A stretch of DNA of 64,000 nucleotides from an uncultured Lentisphaeria bacterium (lineage in GTDB: Bacteria > Verrucomicrobiota > Lentisphaeria > Victivallales > UBA1829), in assembly GCA_949282305.1 (NCBI GenBank), contig CASDPB010000131.1, positions 9,405 to 73,404 of the forward strand. Reading direction: 5' to 3'. The position numbers were made by a program, and so were the translations under genes. Of the stretch, positions 10,067-19,351 are shown one piece after another (the first letter of the stretch is position 1; each line of letters begins with the position of its first letter). Under the pieces are notes generated by a model. That model worked only from the letters and a program-made list of their open reading frames with translations, did no database searches and was not told where the DNA came from.

Positions 10067-11134
10067 TCATGAAGGATGCGGGCATTCTCTGTCTGCGCTT
10101 CTCAGCTTTTCTGCGGTTTCGCGGATCAGCTGTTCCGTTTCCTCCCAGCCGATGCACGGATCGGTAATGGACAGCTCCGGGGAGGGCGTGACGCCCGCCT
10201 GAAGTTTCTGGCAGCCTTCCCGGAACCAGCTTTCCATCATGACGCCGGCAATCGCCTTTTCTCCGTCGCGGCATTGCCGGATCACGTCCCGGAGCACAAT
10301 ATGCTGCTTTCGCGGATCTTTGCCTGAATTCGCATGACTGCAATCGATCACGATGCGTTCCGGCAGATTTGCTTTCCTCAGGCGCTCTTTCAGGTCGGAA
10401 ACACGGACTGCGTCATAGTTCGGACCGCTGTTTCCTCCTCGCAGGACAACGTGGCAGTAAGGATTTCCCTTTGTGCGGAAAATGCCCGTGTGCCCGTTTT
10501 CCATAGTGCCGATGAAGCTGTGCGGGGAACGTGCCGTTGCGACCGCGTCGATCGCCGTCTGGAAATCGCCGTCCGTCGAGTTCTTGAACCCGACCGCCAT
10601 CGGCAGGCCGCTGGCAAGCTGACGGTGTGTCGGCGCCTCGGTTGTACGTGCGCCGATTGCCGCCCAGGTGATCGTGTCCTCCAGATACGCCGAAATGACC
10701 GGGTCAAGCATTTCCGTTGCGGCGGGCAGTCCCAGTTCTGCGATTTTCAGCAAAAGACGGCGTGCCATGACAATGCCTTTTTCGATATTGTATTCGCCGT
10801 TTAGATCGGGATCGTAGATGAGCCCTTTCCAGCCCAGCGTCGTGCGCGGTTTTTCAAAGTAGACGCGCATGATGACCATGAAACGGTCCCTGACTTCATC
10901 GCCAAGCGCTTTGAGCCGTCCGGCATAGCGCAGAGCCGCATCGGGGTCATGGATCGAACACGGCCCCGCGATCATCAGCAGACGGTCTGATCGCCCGCGG
11001 AGGATGTCGAACACGGAACGCCGCGCCGCGTCGATCATCTTTGCAGACTCCGGCGGAAGGGGCAGTTCCGTGAAGACTGTTCCCGGCGACGTCAGCATGG
11101 CGCGCTCCGCGATATTGGCATTGTCATTCAACAT
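10067..11134 (-). CDS. aroG: class I-alpha DAHP synthase
   Basis: GPCSIHD, RVYFEKPRTT.GWKG, AIGARTTE, GFKN.TDG, DCSHANS, SITDPC. The isoenzyme (aroF/G/H) cannot be resolved. Confidence 0.9.
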   Translation of the reverse strand: MLNDNANIAERAMLTSPGTVFTELPLPPESAKMIDAARRSVFDILRGRSDRLLMIAGPCSIHDPDAALRYAGRLKALGDEVRDRFMVIMRVYFEKPRTTLGWKGLIYDPDLNGEYNIEKGIVMARRLLLKIAELGLPAATEMLDPVISAYLEDTITWAAIGARTTEAPTHRQLASGLPMAVGFKNSTDGDFQTAIDAVATARSPHSFIGTMENGHTGIFRTKGNPYCHVVLRGGNSGPNYDAVRVSDLKERLRKANLPERIVIDCSHANSGKDPRKQHIVLRDVIRQCRDGEKAIAGVMMESWFREGCQKLQAGVTPSPELSITDPCIGWEETEQLIRETAEKLRSADRECPHPS

Positions 11135-11930
11135 CGGAAACGCTGTGTGCCAGGGTGGTTACAAGAGTGGCGACTTTTTCCATACGTTCGGGGACTGTTT
11201 CTTCTCCGAACATCGGATGAATCGCCGCGGAGCCGACCACCACGCCGTCGGCATGTTCTGCCGCCGCGCGTGCCGCCTCCTCCGTCGAGATGCCGAAACC
11301 GGCGACGACGGGTACGGGAGAAAGCGAACGGAGCTCTGCCAGGCGTTCCGCAAGCTCCGGAGGAAGTTTCGAGCGTTCGCCGGTTACGCCGCGCACCATG
11401 ACATAGTAGACGAACCCTGTTGCGTCGCGCATGATTGTTTCAGCGCGGGCAAGCCCGGTTGTCGGAGAGACCAGCGGAATCAGATGCAGATGGTGTTTCG
11501 CGCAGAGCGGCTTGAGCTCCGCACTTTCCTCGCAAGGCACGTCGACTGCCAGAATGCCGTCCACGCCGATCTGTTCCAGCTTCGCCGTGAGCGCCTCCAG
11601 TCCGTAGTTCATCATGACGTTGAAGTAGCTGAACAGGATCAGTCCGGTGTCGGGGTATTTTGCGCGGATGCGCTGTGCCATTGCGAGGATTTTTTTCAGC
11701 GTGATGCCGTTTTTCAAGGCAATCTGCGACGCTTTCTGGATCATGACGCCGTCCGCAATCGGATCGGAAAACGGCACACCGAGTTCGATGATGTCGGCGC
11801 CCGCCTCGATGCTTTTCCCGATCAGTTCCTCGCTGTTTTTTTCATCGGGGAAACCGCAGCTGTTGAAAATGATCAGCGCCTTGCGTTTTTCATCCCTGCA
11901 TTTTCTGAATATTTTCTGAATCCTGTCCAT
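11124..11930 (-). CDS. trpA: tryptophan synthase alpha chain
   Basis: IELGVPFSDPIADG, GVTG, GFGIS, DGVVVGSA. Real start is MDRIQK at 11930, just after trpB. Confidence 0.95.
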   Translation of the reverse strand: MDRIQKIFRKCRDEKRKALIIFNSCGFPDEKNSEELIGKSIEAGADIIELGVPFSDPIADGVMIQKASQIALKNGITLKKILAMAQRIRAKYPDTGLILFSYFNVMMNYGLEALTAKLEQIGVDGILAVDVPCEESAELKPLCAKHHLHLIPLVSPTTGLARAETIMRDATGFVYYVMVRGVTGERSKLPPELAERLAELRSLSPVPVVAGFGISTEEAARAAAEHADGVVVGSAAIHPMFGEETVPERMEKVATLVTTLAHSVSDVE

Positions 11931-11931
11931 G

Positions 11932-13116
11932 TTATCTGCCTTTCCCGTTGAGCTGTTTGTATTGTCTGACGCTGTCCATGTCCTTGTCGCCGCGTCCGGA
12001 GATGTTGATGATGATGACATCGTCCTTTGTATAGTTCCTTGCATTTTTGATGCCCTGTGCCACGGCGTGCGAAGATTCCAGAGCGGGAATGATCCCCTCA
12101 AGACGTGAAAGAGTGTCGAAGGCGTCAATCGCCTCGTCGTCGTTGATCGCGACATACTGCGCCCGCCCGTTGTCCGCCATGAAACTGTGTTCCGGTCCTA
12201 CGCCGGGATAGTCGAGTCCCGCGGAAACGGAATGTGTTTCGAGGACCTGCCCGTCTTCATCCTGGAGCAGATAGGTTTTGCATCCGTGAAGGACGCCGAG
12301 GCGTCCGCCGCAGATGCTTGCCGCGTGTTTTCCGGTTTCGATCCCGCATCCTCCGGCTTCGACTCCGGTCAGCTTTACTGTCGGGTCCTCAATGAATCCG
12401 GCGAAAATTCCCATGGCGTTGCTGCCGCCGCCGACACAGGCGATAACCTCATTCGGGAGCTTTCCGGTTTTTTCAAGGCATTGTTTGCGCGCCTCTTTTC
12501 CGATCACGGCCTGGAAGTCGCGGACAATTGCCGGATACGGATGCGGTCCTGCGACCGTGCCGATGATATAGAACGTGTCGTCGCATCGCGCAGTCCATTC
12601 CCGGATCGCTTCATTCATGGCGTCCTTGAGCGTGGCGGAGCCGTCCGTGATTGACCGCACTTTTGCACCGAGCACTTCCATGCGTTCGACATTCGCCGCC
12701 TGCCGTTTCACGTCAAGTGCGCCCATGAAGACTTCGCATTCAAGCCCGAACAGCGCCGCGACTGTCGCGGTCGCCACGCCGTGCATCCCCGCTCCGGTTT
12801 CCGCGATGACGCGCTTTTTGCCCATGCGCCGCGCGAGCAGCGCCTGTCCGATGGTATTGTTGACCTTGTGCGCTCCGGTATGGTTCAGATCCTCGCGCTT
12901 GAGATAGATTCGCGCCCCGCCGCAGAACTCCGTAAGACGTTTTGCAAAATAAAGCGGAGATTCGCGTCCGACGTAATCCTCCAGCAGTTCCTTGAGTTCC
13001 GCCTGAAATGCGGGATCGTGTTTCGCCTTTTCGTATTCCCGTTCCAGCTGATGCAGAGTTTCCATCAGGGTCTCCGATACATACTGTCCGCCGTAAATGC
13101 CGTAATGGCTGTTCAT
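11932..13116 (-). CDS. trpB: tryptophan synthase beta chain
   Basis: [53 protein letters not shown]. Confidence 0.98.
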   Translation of the reverse strand: MNSHYGIYGGQYVSETLMETLHQLEREYEKAKHDPAFQAELKELLEDYVGRESPLYFAKRLTEFCGGARIYLKREDLNHTGAHKVNNTIGQALLARRMGKKRVIAETGAGMHGVATATVAALFGLECEVFMGALDVKRQAANVERMEVLGAKVRSITDGSATLKDAMNEAIREWTARCDDTFYIIGTVAGPHPYPAIVRDFQAVIGKEARKQCLEKTGKLPNEVIACVGGGSNAMGIFAGFIEDPTVKLTGVEAGGCGIETGKHAASICGGRLGVLHGCKTYLLQDEDGQVLETHSVSAGLDYPGVGPEHSFMADNGRAQYVAINDDEAIDAFDTLSRLEGIIPALESSHAVAQGIKNARNYTKDDVIIINISGRGDKDMDSVRQYKQLNGKGR

Positions 13117-13724
13117 AGTGTCGCTCCTTTCATATTTTTAAACAACTGTATTATTTTTTCCTTTGACTTGATTCCGGCGCTTTCCTCGACGCCGCTTGCG
13201 AGGTCGAGCCCCGCGGGATTCACTTTCCGGAGAGCTTCCGCCGCGTTTCCGGGAGAAATTCCCCCTGCCAGCATGACCTGTTTCCGCCCTGCCAGTTCCG
13301 CCGCCAGCTCCCAGGAACTGAGCACGCCGGAACCGCCCGCCTCGGCATCCGCAACGATCCGTTCCGCAGGATAGGATACATAGAAATCCACATCCGCATG
13401 GCTTTTCAGATGCGCGGCTTTCCATACAGTGAGCCCGCGCAGACTTCGCGCGAACTCCGCACTCTCTCCTCCGTGGAGCTGGACGACATCCAAGCCGCCC
13501 GTTTTCACCGTTGAAAAGATGAATTCCTTTGCAGCATTCACAAACACGCCGACCTTTTTTACGCGCTTCGGCAGATCCCGTGTCAAAACCGCAAGCTGTT
13601 CCGGCGTAACATGGCGCGGAGAAAAGTCCGCAAGGACGAATCCCACGTAATCCGCTCCCGCCTCCACTGCCGTTTCGACGTCTTCACGCCGTGTGAGTCC
13701 GCATATCTTGACTTCGTATTTCAT
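13113..13724 (-). CDS. trpF: phosphoribosylanthranilate isomerase
   Basis: VKICGLT, SPRHV, VQLHG.E, LAGG, DLASGVE. Confidence 0.95.
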   Translation of the reverse strand: MKYEVKICGLTRREDVETAVEAGADYVGFVLADFSPRHVTPEQLAVLTRDLPKRVKKVGVFVNAAKEFIFSTVKTGGLDVVQLHGGESAEFARSLRGLTVWKAAHLKSHADVDFYVSYPAERIVADAEAGGSGVLSSWELAAELAGRKQVMLAGGISPGNAAEALRKVNPAGLDLASGVEESAGIKSKEKIIQLFKNMKGATL

Positions 13725-14503
13725 CCGATCAGCTCCCGGAGTTTTTCGCCCGGATGTTCCGCGCGCATCAAGGTCTCGCCGATCAGGAATCCGGCTGCGC
13801 CGACACTTTGAAGGCGTGCAATGTCCTCATGGGAACGGATGGCGCTTTCCGCAATCGGAAAGCGATCACGCGGGATCATTTGGATTAATTGATACGTTCG
13901 TTCCAGATCCGTTTCAAACGTGCGCAGATCGCGCGCATTGATTCCGATGAGGGGAATTTCCGGGCAATCCAGAAGAATTTCCAGTTCCGCTTCCGTGTGT
14001 GCCTCGCCCAGCACCGCCATGCCGAGCCCGGACGCAATCTCTACAAATTCCCGAATCTCCTCTTTCTTCAGCATGGCGGCAATCAGAAGAACCGCATCGG
14101 CGCCGTTCGCGCGCGCTTCGTAAATCTGGTAGGCATCAAAGATGAAATCTTTGCGCAGAACCGGAATCGAAACCGCCGCGCTGACTTCACGCAGATAATC
14201 CAGGCTGCCGAGAAAATAGTTGCGCTCCGTCAATACGGAAAACGCGGCGGCTCCGGCGTTTTCAAGCTCGTGCGCAAGTTCCATATAGCGGAAGTCCCCG
14301 CGGATCACTCCCTTTGACGGCGAGGCTTTTTTCAGTTCCGTGATGACATTGGTCCTGCTTCTGTCTTGAAACGCCTGTACAAAATTTTTCGGAGCCCGGG
14401 CATTTTCCGCGCGATTTTTCATCTCCGGGAGCGGGATATTCCGCTTTGCCGCCTCCAGAGCCGGTTTCATGTCCGCCGTGATCTGTTCCAGAATCCTACT
14501 CAT
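13721..14503 (-). CDS. trpC: indole-3-glycerol phosphate synthase
   Basis: ELKKASPSKG, SVLTE, LRKDFI, GINARDL, AESAI, LIGE. Confidence 0.96.
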   Translation of the reverse strand: MSRILEQITADMKPALEAAKRNIPLPEMKNRAENARAPKNFVQAFQDRSRTNVITELKKASPSKGVIRGDFRYMELAHELENAGAAAFSVLTERNYFLGSLDYLREVSAAVSIPVLRKDFIFDAYQIYEARANGADAVLLIAAMLKKEEIREFVEIASGLGMAVLGEAHTEAELEILLDCPEIPLIGINARDLRTFETDLERTYQLIQMIPRDRFPIAESAIRSHEDIARLQSVGAAGFLIGETLMRAEHPGEKLRELIG

Positions 14504-15512
14504 CGCGGCTCTCCCGGATCAGAATGTTGAGCTTTTCAAACGCTCTGCCGCTGTCTATGGATTCTTCCGCCAGCTTCATGCCTTCCTGAAGCGTGGCGGC
14601 TTTTCCGCCGACATAGATTGTGGCGCCTGCGTTCAGAAGGACTGCCGCGCGCGGTGCGCCGTGATCTCTGCCGGTCAGAATGTCCAGCAGGATTTTTGCG
14701 TTGCGTTTCGCATCGCCTCCGGCAATTTCCGAACGGTCGAAGGTATTGCCGAGAAGCATCTCCGGATAGAGTTCGTAACTGGTGATCGCACCGTTCCTGA
14801 GTTCGGAAACGCGGGTCGGTTCGCAGCAGCTTATCTCGTCAAGACCGTCATGCCCATGCACGACCATGGCATGTTTCGCCCCGAGTTCCCTGAGTGTTCC
14901 CGCGAACAGTTCGGTCAGCTTTGCATCGTAGACTCCAAGCACAATGGACTGTGCTCCCGCCGGATTGCAGAGCGGTCCGAGCATGTTGAAGATCGTGCGT
15001 ATTTTGAGTTCCCGCCGGAGAACTCCGACGGAACCGAGAACCGGGTGCATCTTCTGGGCGAACAGAAAGCCGATCCCGTGATTCTGAATGCAGTTTTCCA
15101 TGACGGCGGGTTCGACGTTGAGGTTGAATCCGAGTTCCGCAAGCACATCCGCCGCGCCGCATTTGCCGGAGACCGCGCGGTTGCCGTGTTTTGCAATCGG
15201 GACACCTGCGCCAGCGGCGACCATTGCCGAAGTCGTGGAGATGTTGAAGGAGATTCCGCCGTCGCCGCCCGTTCCGACCACGTCGACCACGTCCGTGCCG
15301 CCGCAGTCGATGAATGCCGCGTGACGGCGGAGCATCCGCGCGCCGCCCGTCAGCTCGGAAAGGCTTTCCCCTTTCATGCGCAGAGCCGCCAGCAGTGCGC
15401 CGGACTGAGCGCAGGAAACATTGTCCCCGGCGATCAGCCCGAGCGCTTTTTCCATTTGACCGCTTGTGAGGTCATGCCCCGCAAGCACTTTGTTCAGATA
15501 GGGAGTCAGCAT
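14496..15512 (-). CDS. trpD: anthranilate phosphoribosyltransferase
   Basis: GTGGDG..FNIST, KHGNR, RTIFNMLGPLCNP, DGLDE. Confidence 0.96.
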   Translation of the reverse strand: MLTPYLNKVLAGHDLTSGQMEKALGLIAGDNVSCAQSGALLAALRMKGESLSELTGGARMLRRHAAFIDCGGTDVVDVVGTGGDGGISFNISTTSAMVAAGAGVPIAKHGNRAVSGKCGAADVLAELGFNLNVEPAVMENCIQNHGIGFLFAQKMHPVLGSVGVLRRELKIRTIFNMLGPLCNPAGAQSIVLGVYDAKLTELFAGTLRELGAKHAMVVHGHDGLDEISCCEPTRVSELRNGAITSYELYPEMLLGNTFDRSEIAGGDAKRNAKILLDILTGRDHGAPRAAVLLNAGATIYVGGKAATLQEGMKLAEESIDSGRAFEKLNILIRESRDE

Positions 15513-15515
15513 GGC

Positions 15516-16106
15516 TCAGGTTCCTTTTCTCCGGTGTTCTTCCACTTCTTTCAGAAAGTTCGCGAGCTGGCGTTTTCCGGTTGCCGTCATGATGGATTCA
15601 GGGTGATACTGGATTCCTTCGATCAGGAGTTCGCGGTGGCGCACTCCCATGATCTCTCCGTCGTCCGCGCGGGCGGTGATGACGAGTTCCTTCGGAAGTG
15701 TTTGCTCCCGCAGGGCGAGCGAATGGTAGCGCACCGCCTTGAAAGGCCCCTTGAGACCAGCGAAAAGCCCTTTGCCGTCGTGCGTGATCTCGGAAATTTT
15801 GCCGTGCATGATGCTTGCGGCGCTTACGACCTCCGCGCCGAAGGACTGTCCGATCGCCTGATGTCCGAGGCAGACGCCGAGCAGGGGAATCCGGTCGCGG
15901 ACCGCCTTGATGAGCTGCGGCATCACGCCCGCGTTTTCCGGTCTGCCGGGACCCGGCGAGAGAAGAATCGCATCGGGATTCATTGCGATTGCCTCGTCCA
16001 CCGTGATTTCCCGGTTGCGGCGCACTTCGACCCGGGCGTTCAGTGTGTATAACAGATGTACGAGATTGTAAGTAAACGAATCGTAGTTGTCAAGAACGAG
16101 TATCAT
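15516..16106 (-). CDS. trpG: anthranilate synthase component II (glutamine amidotransferase)
   Basis: DNYDSFTYNL, SPGPG, GVCLGHQ, RYHSL, QYHPES. Confidence 0.96.
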   Translation of the reverse strand: MILVLDNYDSFTYNLVHLLYTLNARVEVRRNREITVDEAIAMNPDAILLSPGPGRPENAGVMPQLIKAVRDRIPLLGVCLGHQAIGQSFGAEVVSAASIMHGKISEITHDGKGLFAGLKGPFKAVRYHSLALREQTLPKELVITARADDGEIMGVRHRELLIEGIQYHPESIMTATGKRQLANFLKEVEEHRRKGT

Positions 16107-16115
16107 GATTTCACC

Positions 16116-17600
16116 TCAGCCGATTTCCAGGTTGTCTGCCGCGAGACGCACTGCTTTGAAAAGTGCACCCGCCTTGTTGAGAGTCTCTTCGTATTCCTTT
16201 TCGGGAACGGAGTCGAAGACGATTCCGGCGCCCGCCTGAATGAACAGTTTTCCGTCGCGGATTTCCAGTGTGCGGATCGTGATCGCCAGATCAAGATTGC
16301 CCGTATAGCTGAAGTATCCGACCGCGCCGCCGTATACGCCCCGGGGTTCCGGTTCGAGTTCGTTGATCAGCTCCATTGCGCGGATTTTCGGTGCGCCGGA
16401 AAGGGTGCCCGCCGGGAATACGGTGCGGACCAGATCGAATGCGTCGCATTGGTCGGAAAGCATCGCATCGACGTCGCTGACGATGTGCATGACGTGGGAA
16501 TAACGCTCAACCGTCATGAATGCCTTGACCTGGACACTGCCCGGCGCGGCGGTGCGTCCGAGGTCGTTCCGTCCGAGATCGACCAGCATCAGATGTTCGG
16601 CTTTCTCCTTTTCGTCGCTGAGCAGTTCATCCGCAAGCGCCATGTCTTCCGCCGGGTTTTTGCCGCGTTTCCGGGTGCCCGCAATCGGGCGCAGAGAGGA
16701 ACGCCCGTTTTCCAGTTTGACCATCGTTTCCGGCGAGGAACCCACGAGAGTCAGCTTGTCCGTCTTCAGGAAAAACGTGTAGGGCGAGGGGTTGATGAGC
16801 CGCAGCGCGCGGTAAAGCTGCAGTGCGGAAGAACATGCCGGCGCGGAGAACTTCTGCGAAAGAACGATCTGGATGGCTTCTCCGTCATGAATGTATTTCT
16901 GCGCCTTTTCGACCATTGCGCAGTATTCCTCGCGGCTCATATTGCCTTTCAGACGCGGCATGACGGACGGTTTTTCCGGTTCTTTCGGGAGAACCGCCGG
17001 TTTGCGGAGCTTTGCGGCAAGGGCGTCGATCCGTGCGACGGCATCGTCATACGCCTTGCGCGGGGTGTCGAACTGTTCCGGGCGGGCGCAGACAATGAAC
17101 TTGATCGTGTGGCGGACATTGTCGAATACGATCATTTCATCCGTCACCAGAAATACGGAGGATGGGGTGTCAAGCGGCTTTTTCGGCGGCGGCAGCTCTT
17201 CAAATTCGTTGACGGTCTCATAGCCGATGTAACCGATCGCGCCGCCGAACAGCGGGGGAAGTCCGGGAATGATGACAGGCTTGATGCTTCCGATGATTGA
17301 ACGGAGCGCCGAGAACGGGCTTTTTTCGAACGGGAGTTCCCGCTTCACGCCCTTTTCCATGTAAAAGGGGCGTCCGTTTTCCACGGAGAACACGCCATGC
17401 GGATTGACTCCGATGAAGGAGTAACGCCCGAAACGTTCGCTTCCCTCGACGCTTTCCAGCAGAAAGACTTCCTGATCGTCCGCGAATCGGCTCAGCACCG
17501 AAACGGGTGTTTCGAGATCGGCAAGCTGTTCCGCGCATACGGGAATCAGATTGCCTTCACGGCAGAGTTTTTCAAAACTCCTGAAATCCGGTTTCAACAT
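16116..17600 (-). CDS. trpE: anthranilate synthase component I
   Basis: LLES, NPSPY, SSPE, PIAGTR.RG, EHLMLVDLGRND, FPAGTLSGAPK. Confidence 0.96.
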   Translation of the reverse strand: MLKPDFRSFEKLCREGNLIPVCAEQLADLETPVSVLSRFADDQEVFLLESVEGSERFGRYSFIGVNPHGVFSVENGRPFYMEKGVKRELPFEKSPFSALRSIIGSIKPVIIPGLPPLFGGAIGYIGYETVNEFEELPPPKKPLDTPSSVFLVTDEMIVFDNVRHTIKFIVCARPEQFDTPRKAYDDAVARIDALAAKLRKPAVLPKEPEKPSVMPRLKGNMSREEYCAMVEKAQKYIHDGEAIQIVLSQKFSAPACSSALQLYRALRLINPSPYTFFLKTDKLTLVGSSPETMVKLENGRSSLRPIAGTRKRGKNPAEDMALADELLSDEKEKAEHLMLVDLGRNDLGRTAAPGSVQVKAFMTVERYSHVMHIVSDVDAMLSDQCDAFDLVRTVFPAGTLSGAPKIRAMELINELEPEPRGVYGGAVGYFSYTGNLDLAITIRTLEIRDGKLFIQAGAGIVFDSVPEKEYEETLNKAGALFKAVRLAADNLEIG

Positions 17601-17641
17601 TATTCTTCTCCTGATATATCTTAATCTTCAAATTGAGCAAT

Positions 17642-17685
17642 AAAAAAAGCCGCATCTCCTGGGTTTTTACTCCCGGGGATGCGGC
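17642..17685 (-). terminator. trp attenuator terminator 2 (proximal to trpE)
   Basis: Minus strand reads GCCGCATC...GATGCGGC followed by T7. Confidence 0.8.
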
Positions 17686-17701
17686 CCGTATTTCGGAAAA
17701 C

Positions 17702-17738
17702 AAAAAAGGCGGATTCAACTTTTTCAGTTCAACCCGCC
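17702..17738 (-). terminator. trp attenuator terminator 1
   Basis: Minus strand reads GGCGGGTTGAAC-TGAAAAA-GTTGAATCCGCC followed by T6. Confidence 0.75.
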
Positions 17739-17781
17739 GAAATCAACACAGTAAAAAAAAACACGCAACAGCCCCGGCGGT

Positions 17782-17835
17782 TTACCACCGCCACTGCCAT
17801 CGATTTGAAATGTAAATGTAAGTCTGTGTTTTCAT
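17782..17835 (-). CDS. trpL: trp operon leader peptide MKTQTYIYISNRWQWRW
   Basis: Hand translation gives 17 aa with three Trp codons just before TAA. It lies between a promoter and terminator hairpins upstream of trpE. Confidence 0.9.
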   Translation of the reverse strand: MKTQTYIYISNRWQWRW

Positions 17836-17844
17836 AATGAGGAT

Positions 17845-17873
17845 AATATACTATGAAGGAATCTTCCTTTCAA
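17845..17873 (-). promoter_or_regulatory. sigma70-type promoter of the trp operon
   Basis: TTGAAA-N17-TATATT on the minus strand, 9 nt upstream of the leader ATG. Confidence 0.75.
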
Positions 17874-18046
17874 GGGACTTTTTCAAAAAAAACAGGAAAA
17901 TCAGGTCTCCTGCAAAACAGCATACGTTTTCCGGGGGCTCCTGCGGAGCTGGAGCAGGGGGACTGAGACTGAACTGAAATCAGCCTGTTTTTTGCAGTCC
18001 CCCTGCCGCCACTCTTCCTTTCTCATGGCGGACAAAGCGGCTTCTT

Positions 18047-18346
18047 TTATGGAAGTTCCACTGCAAGCTCCCCGTCGCCGACGATATAGATGATTCCGTC
18101 GGAGAGTGAGAAGGTGTCGCCGTTTCTTGTTACCGGTTCGCCGAGGTGATTCCAAATCTCTTTCACTGTTCCCTTCACATTCAGCCGAAGATCCTTCTGT
18201 CCGTGCACCAGCCAGAGTGCGCAGACTCTGTTGCCGTCCGGCGTATTCCAGGATGCGCGGTAAACAGGATTTTTTTCGGTCAGGGCGATGGGAGACGAAC
18301 CTTCCGGACGCAGTCTGGTCAGGGTGCGGTATGCCTGAGCACCCGG
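18047..18346 (-). pseudogene. orphan 3' end (99 codons) of a probable glycoside hydrolase gene
   Basis: Start-less open frame PGAQAYRTLTRLRPEGS...YRASWNTPDGNRVCALW...IWNHLGE...LSDGIIYIVG..ELP*. It resembles the tail of GH39-like (clan A) enzymes; family call is from memory. Confidence 0.6.
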
Positions 18347-18846
18347 CTGTAAGTGAAAGCGAGGGGGTCCACCGTCGAAGCGAAATCAAGGAGCGCTCCC
18401 TGCGCTGTCCTGTAAATGGACTTTGCATCCGCCTCGGAATCCTTGTTCGACAGCAGTTTCTTATAGACATTGAAGAACCGGTATTTCAGAAGCTGGATTT
18501 CGGGAGCGACTTTTTCCGGTGACTCCTGAACGATATATTCGGTCAACTGTTCAAAATTCCCCGTATTCCGGATCGCGGTTTCCATGGAAAAAAGTGCCAT
18601 GACGGTAGTGTCGGGATCATAACTGCCCGAGGCATGTTCCAGTATCTTTTTCTCAACATTGCTGATCTGCTGTTCGATTCTGGGTTCTGCGGATTTGATG
18701 TATTCGGGCTTTTTTCCCGGCGATCCCGTTCGGTTCAGAAGCAGTGCCGCAATGATTGCAAGCACCAGAAATCCAGCGGACGGAATCAGGCATCCGAAGA
18801 CAACCGGATGGAATTTATTCTTTTTCTGAGCATTTTCTTCCGACAT
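18319..18846 (-). pseudogene. membrane-anchored hypothetical protein, probably 3'-truncated
   Basis: GGAGG RBS, N-terminal TM helix and helical body. The last residues (VLRHTAP*) are read out of frame in the downstream fragment. Confidence 0.55.
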
Positions 18847-19351
18847 GAACCAGCCTCCACAAGCTTCTTTTGAGTGGAATATACATGCGGGAAATGATCA
18901 ACGATCTTTGCGGGAGAAAAAATGATTTTTCATCTTCTCCCGTAAAAACTTGCGGCAGATTCAATAGACTGCCCCGCCGCAAGTAGGGGTGTATCGGAAA
19001 AACGAATCAATAATGATATCATTCTGCCGGCGGTTTCCCGCTGGACCGCGACAAGGACAAAGTCCTTGACTCAAGAAGAATGCTTGCGTATTTTTCCATC
19101 TTAAGCTGACCCATGGGCCGAGGTATGGAATTAAGGAGAATAAAAATGCGTTTGCCTGTGCTATTGCAGAAAATAGCACAGGGAAGATCAAGCCTGAACT
19201 GAGATTTTTCTGTTTTTCTGCAAGGTCCCTTGCCTTGTCAGGTTTTTTTATAATAGCGTAAAAAGTGATTTTTTCATGATTCAAGAAATCACAAAACGGT
19301 TTTTGTACTGTAAAGAGATGGAGATGTTATTCCCGATAAAGGACACCGCAT

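Noticed and set aside
11931-12155. N-terminal extension of TrpA in the ORF track (similar extensions on hydE, ribBA, ribD, the 37081, 40098 and 46930 ORFs)
   Set aside because: They overlap upstream genes or regulatory DNA; downstream ATGs with RBS or coupling give normal lengths.
17901-18470. 189-aa minus-strand ORF from the track
   Set aside because: Arg/Ser-rich and not protein-like; the coding signal is in a different frame (18346-18047).
18961-19284. 107-aa ORF in an AT-rich intergenic region
   Set aside because: No clear RBS or motif and atypical composition.
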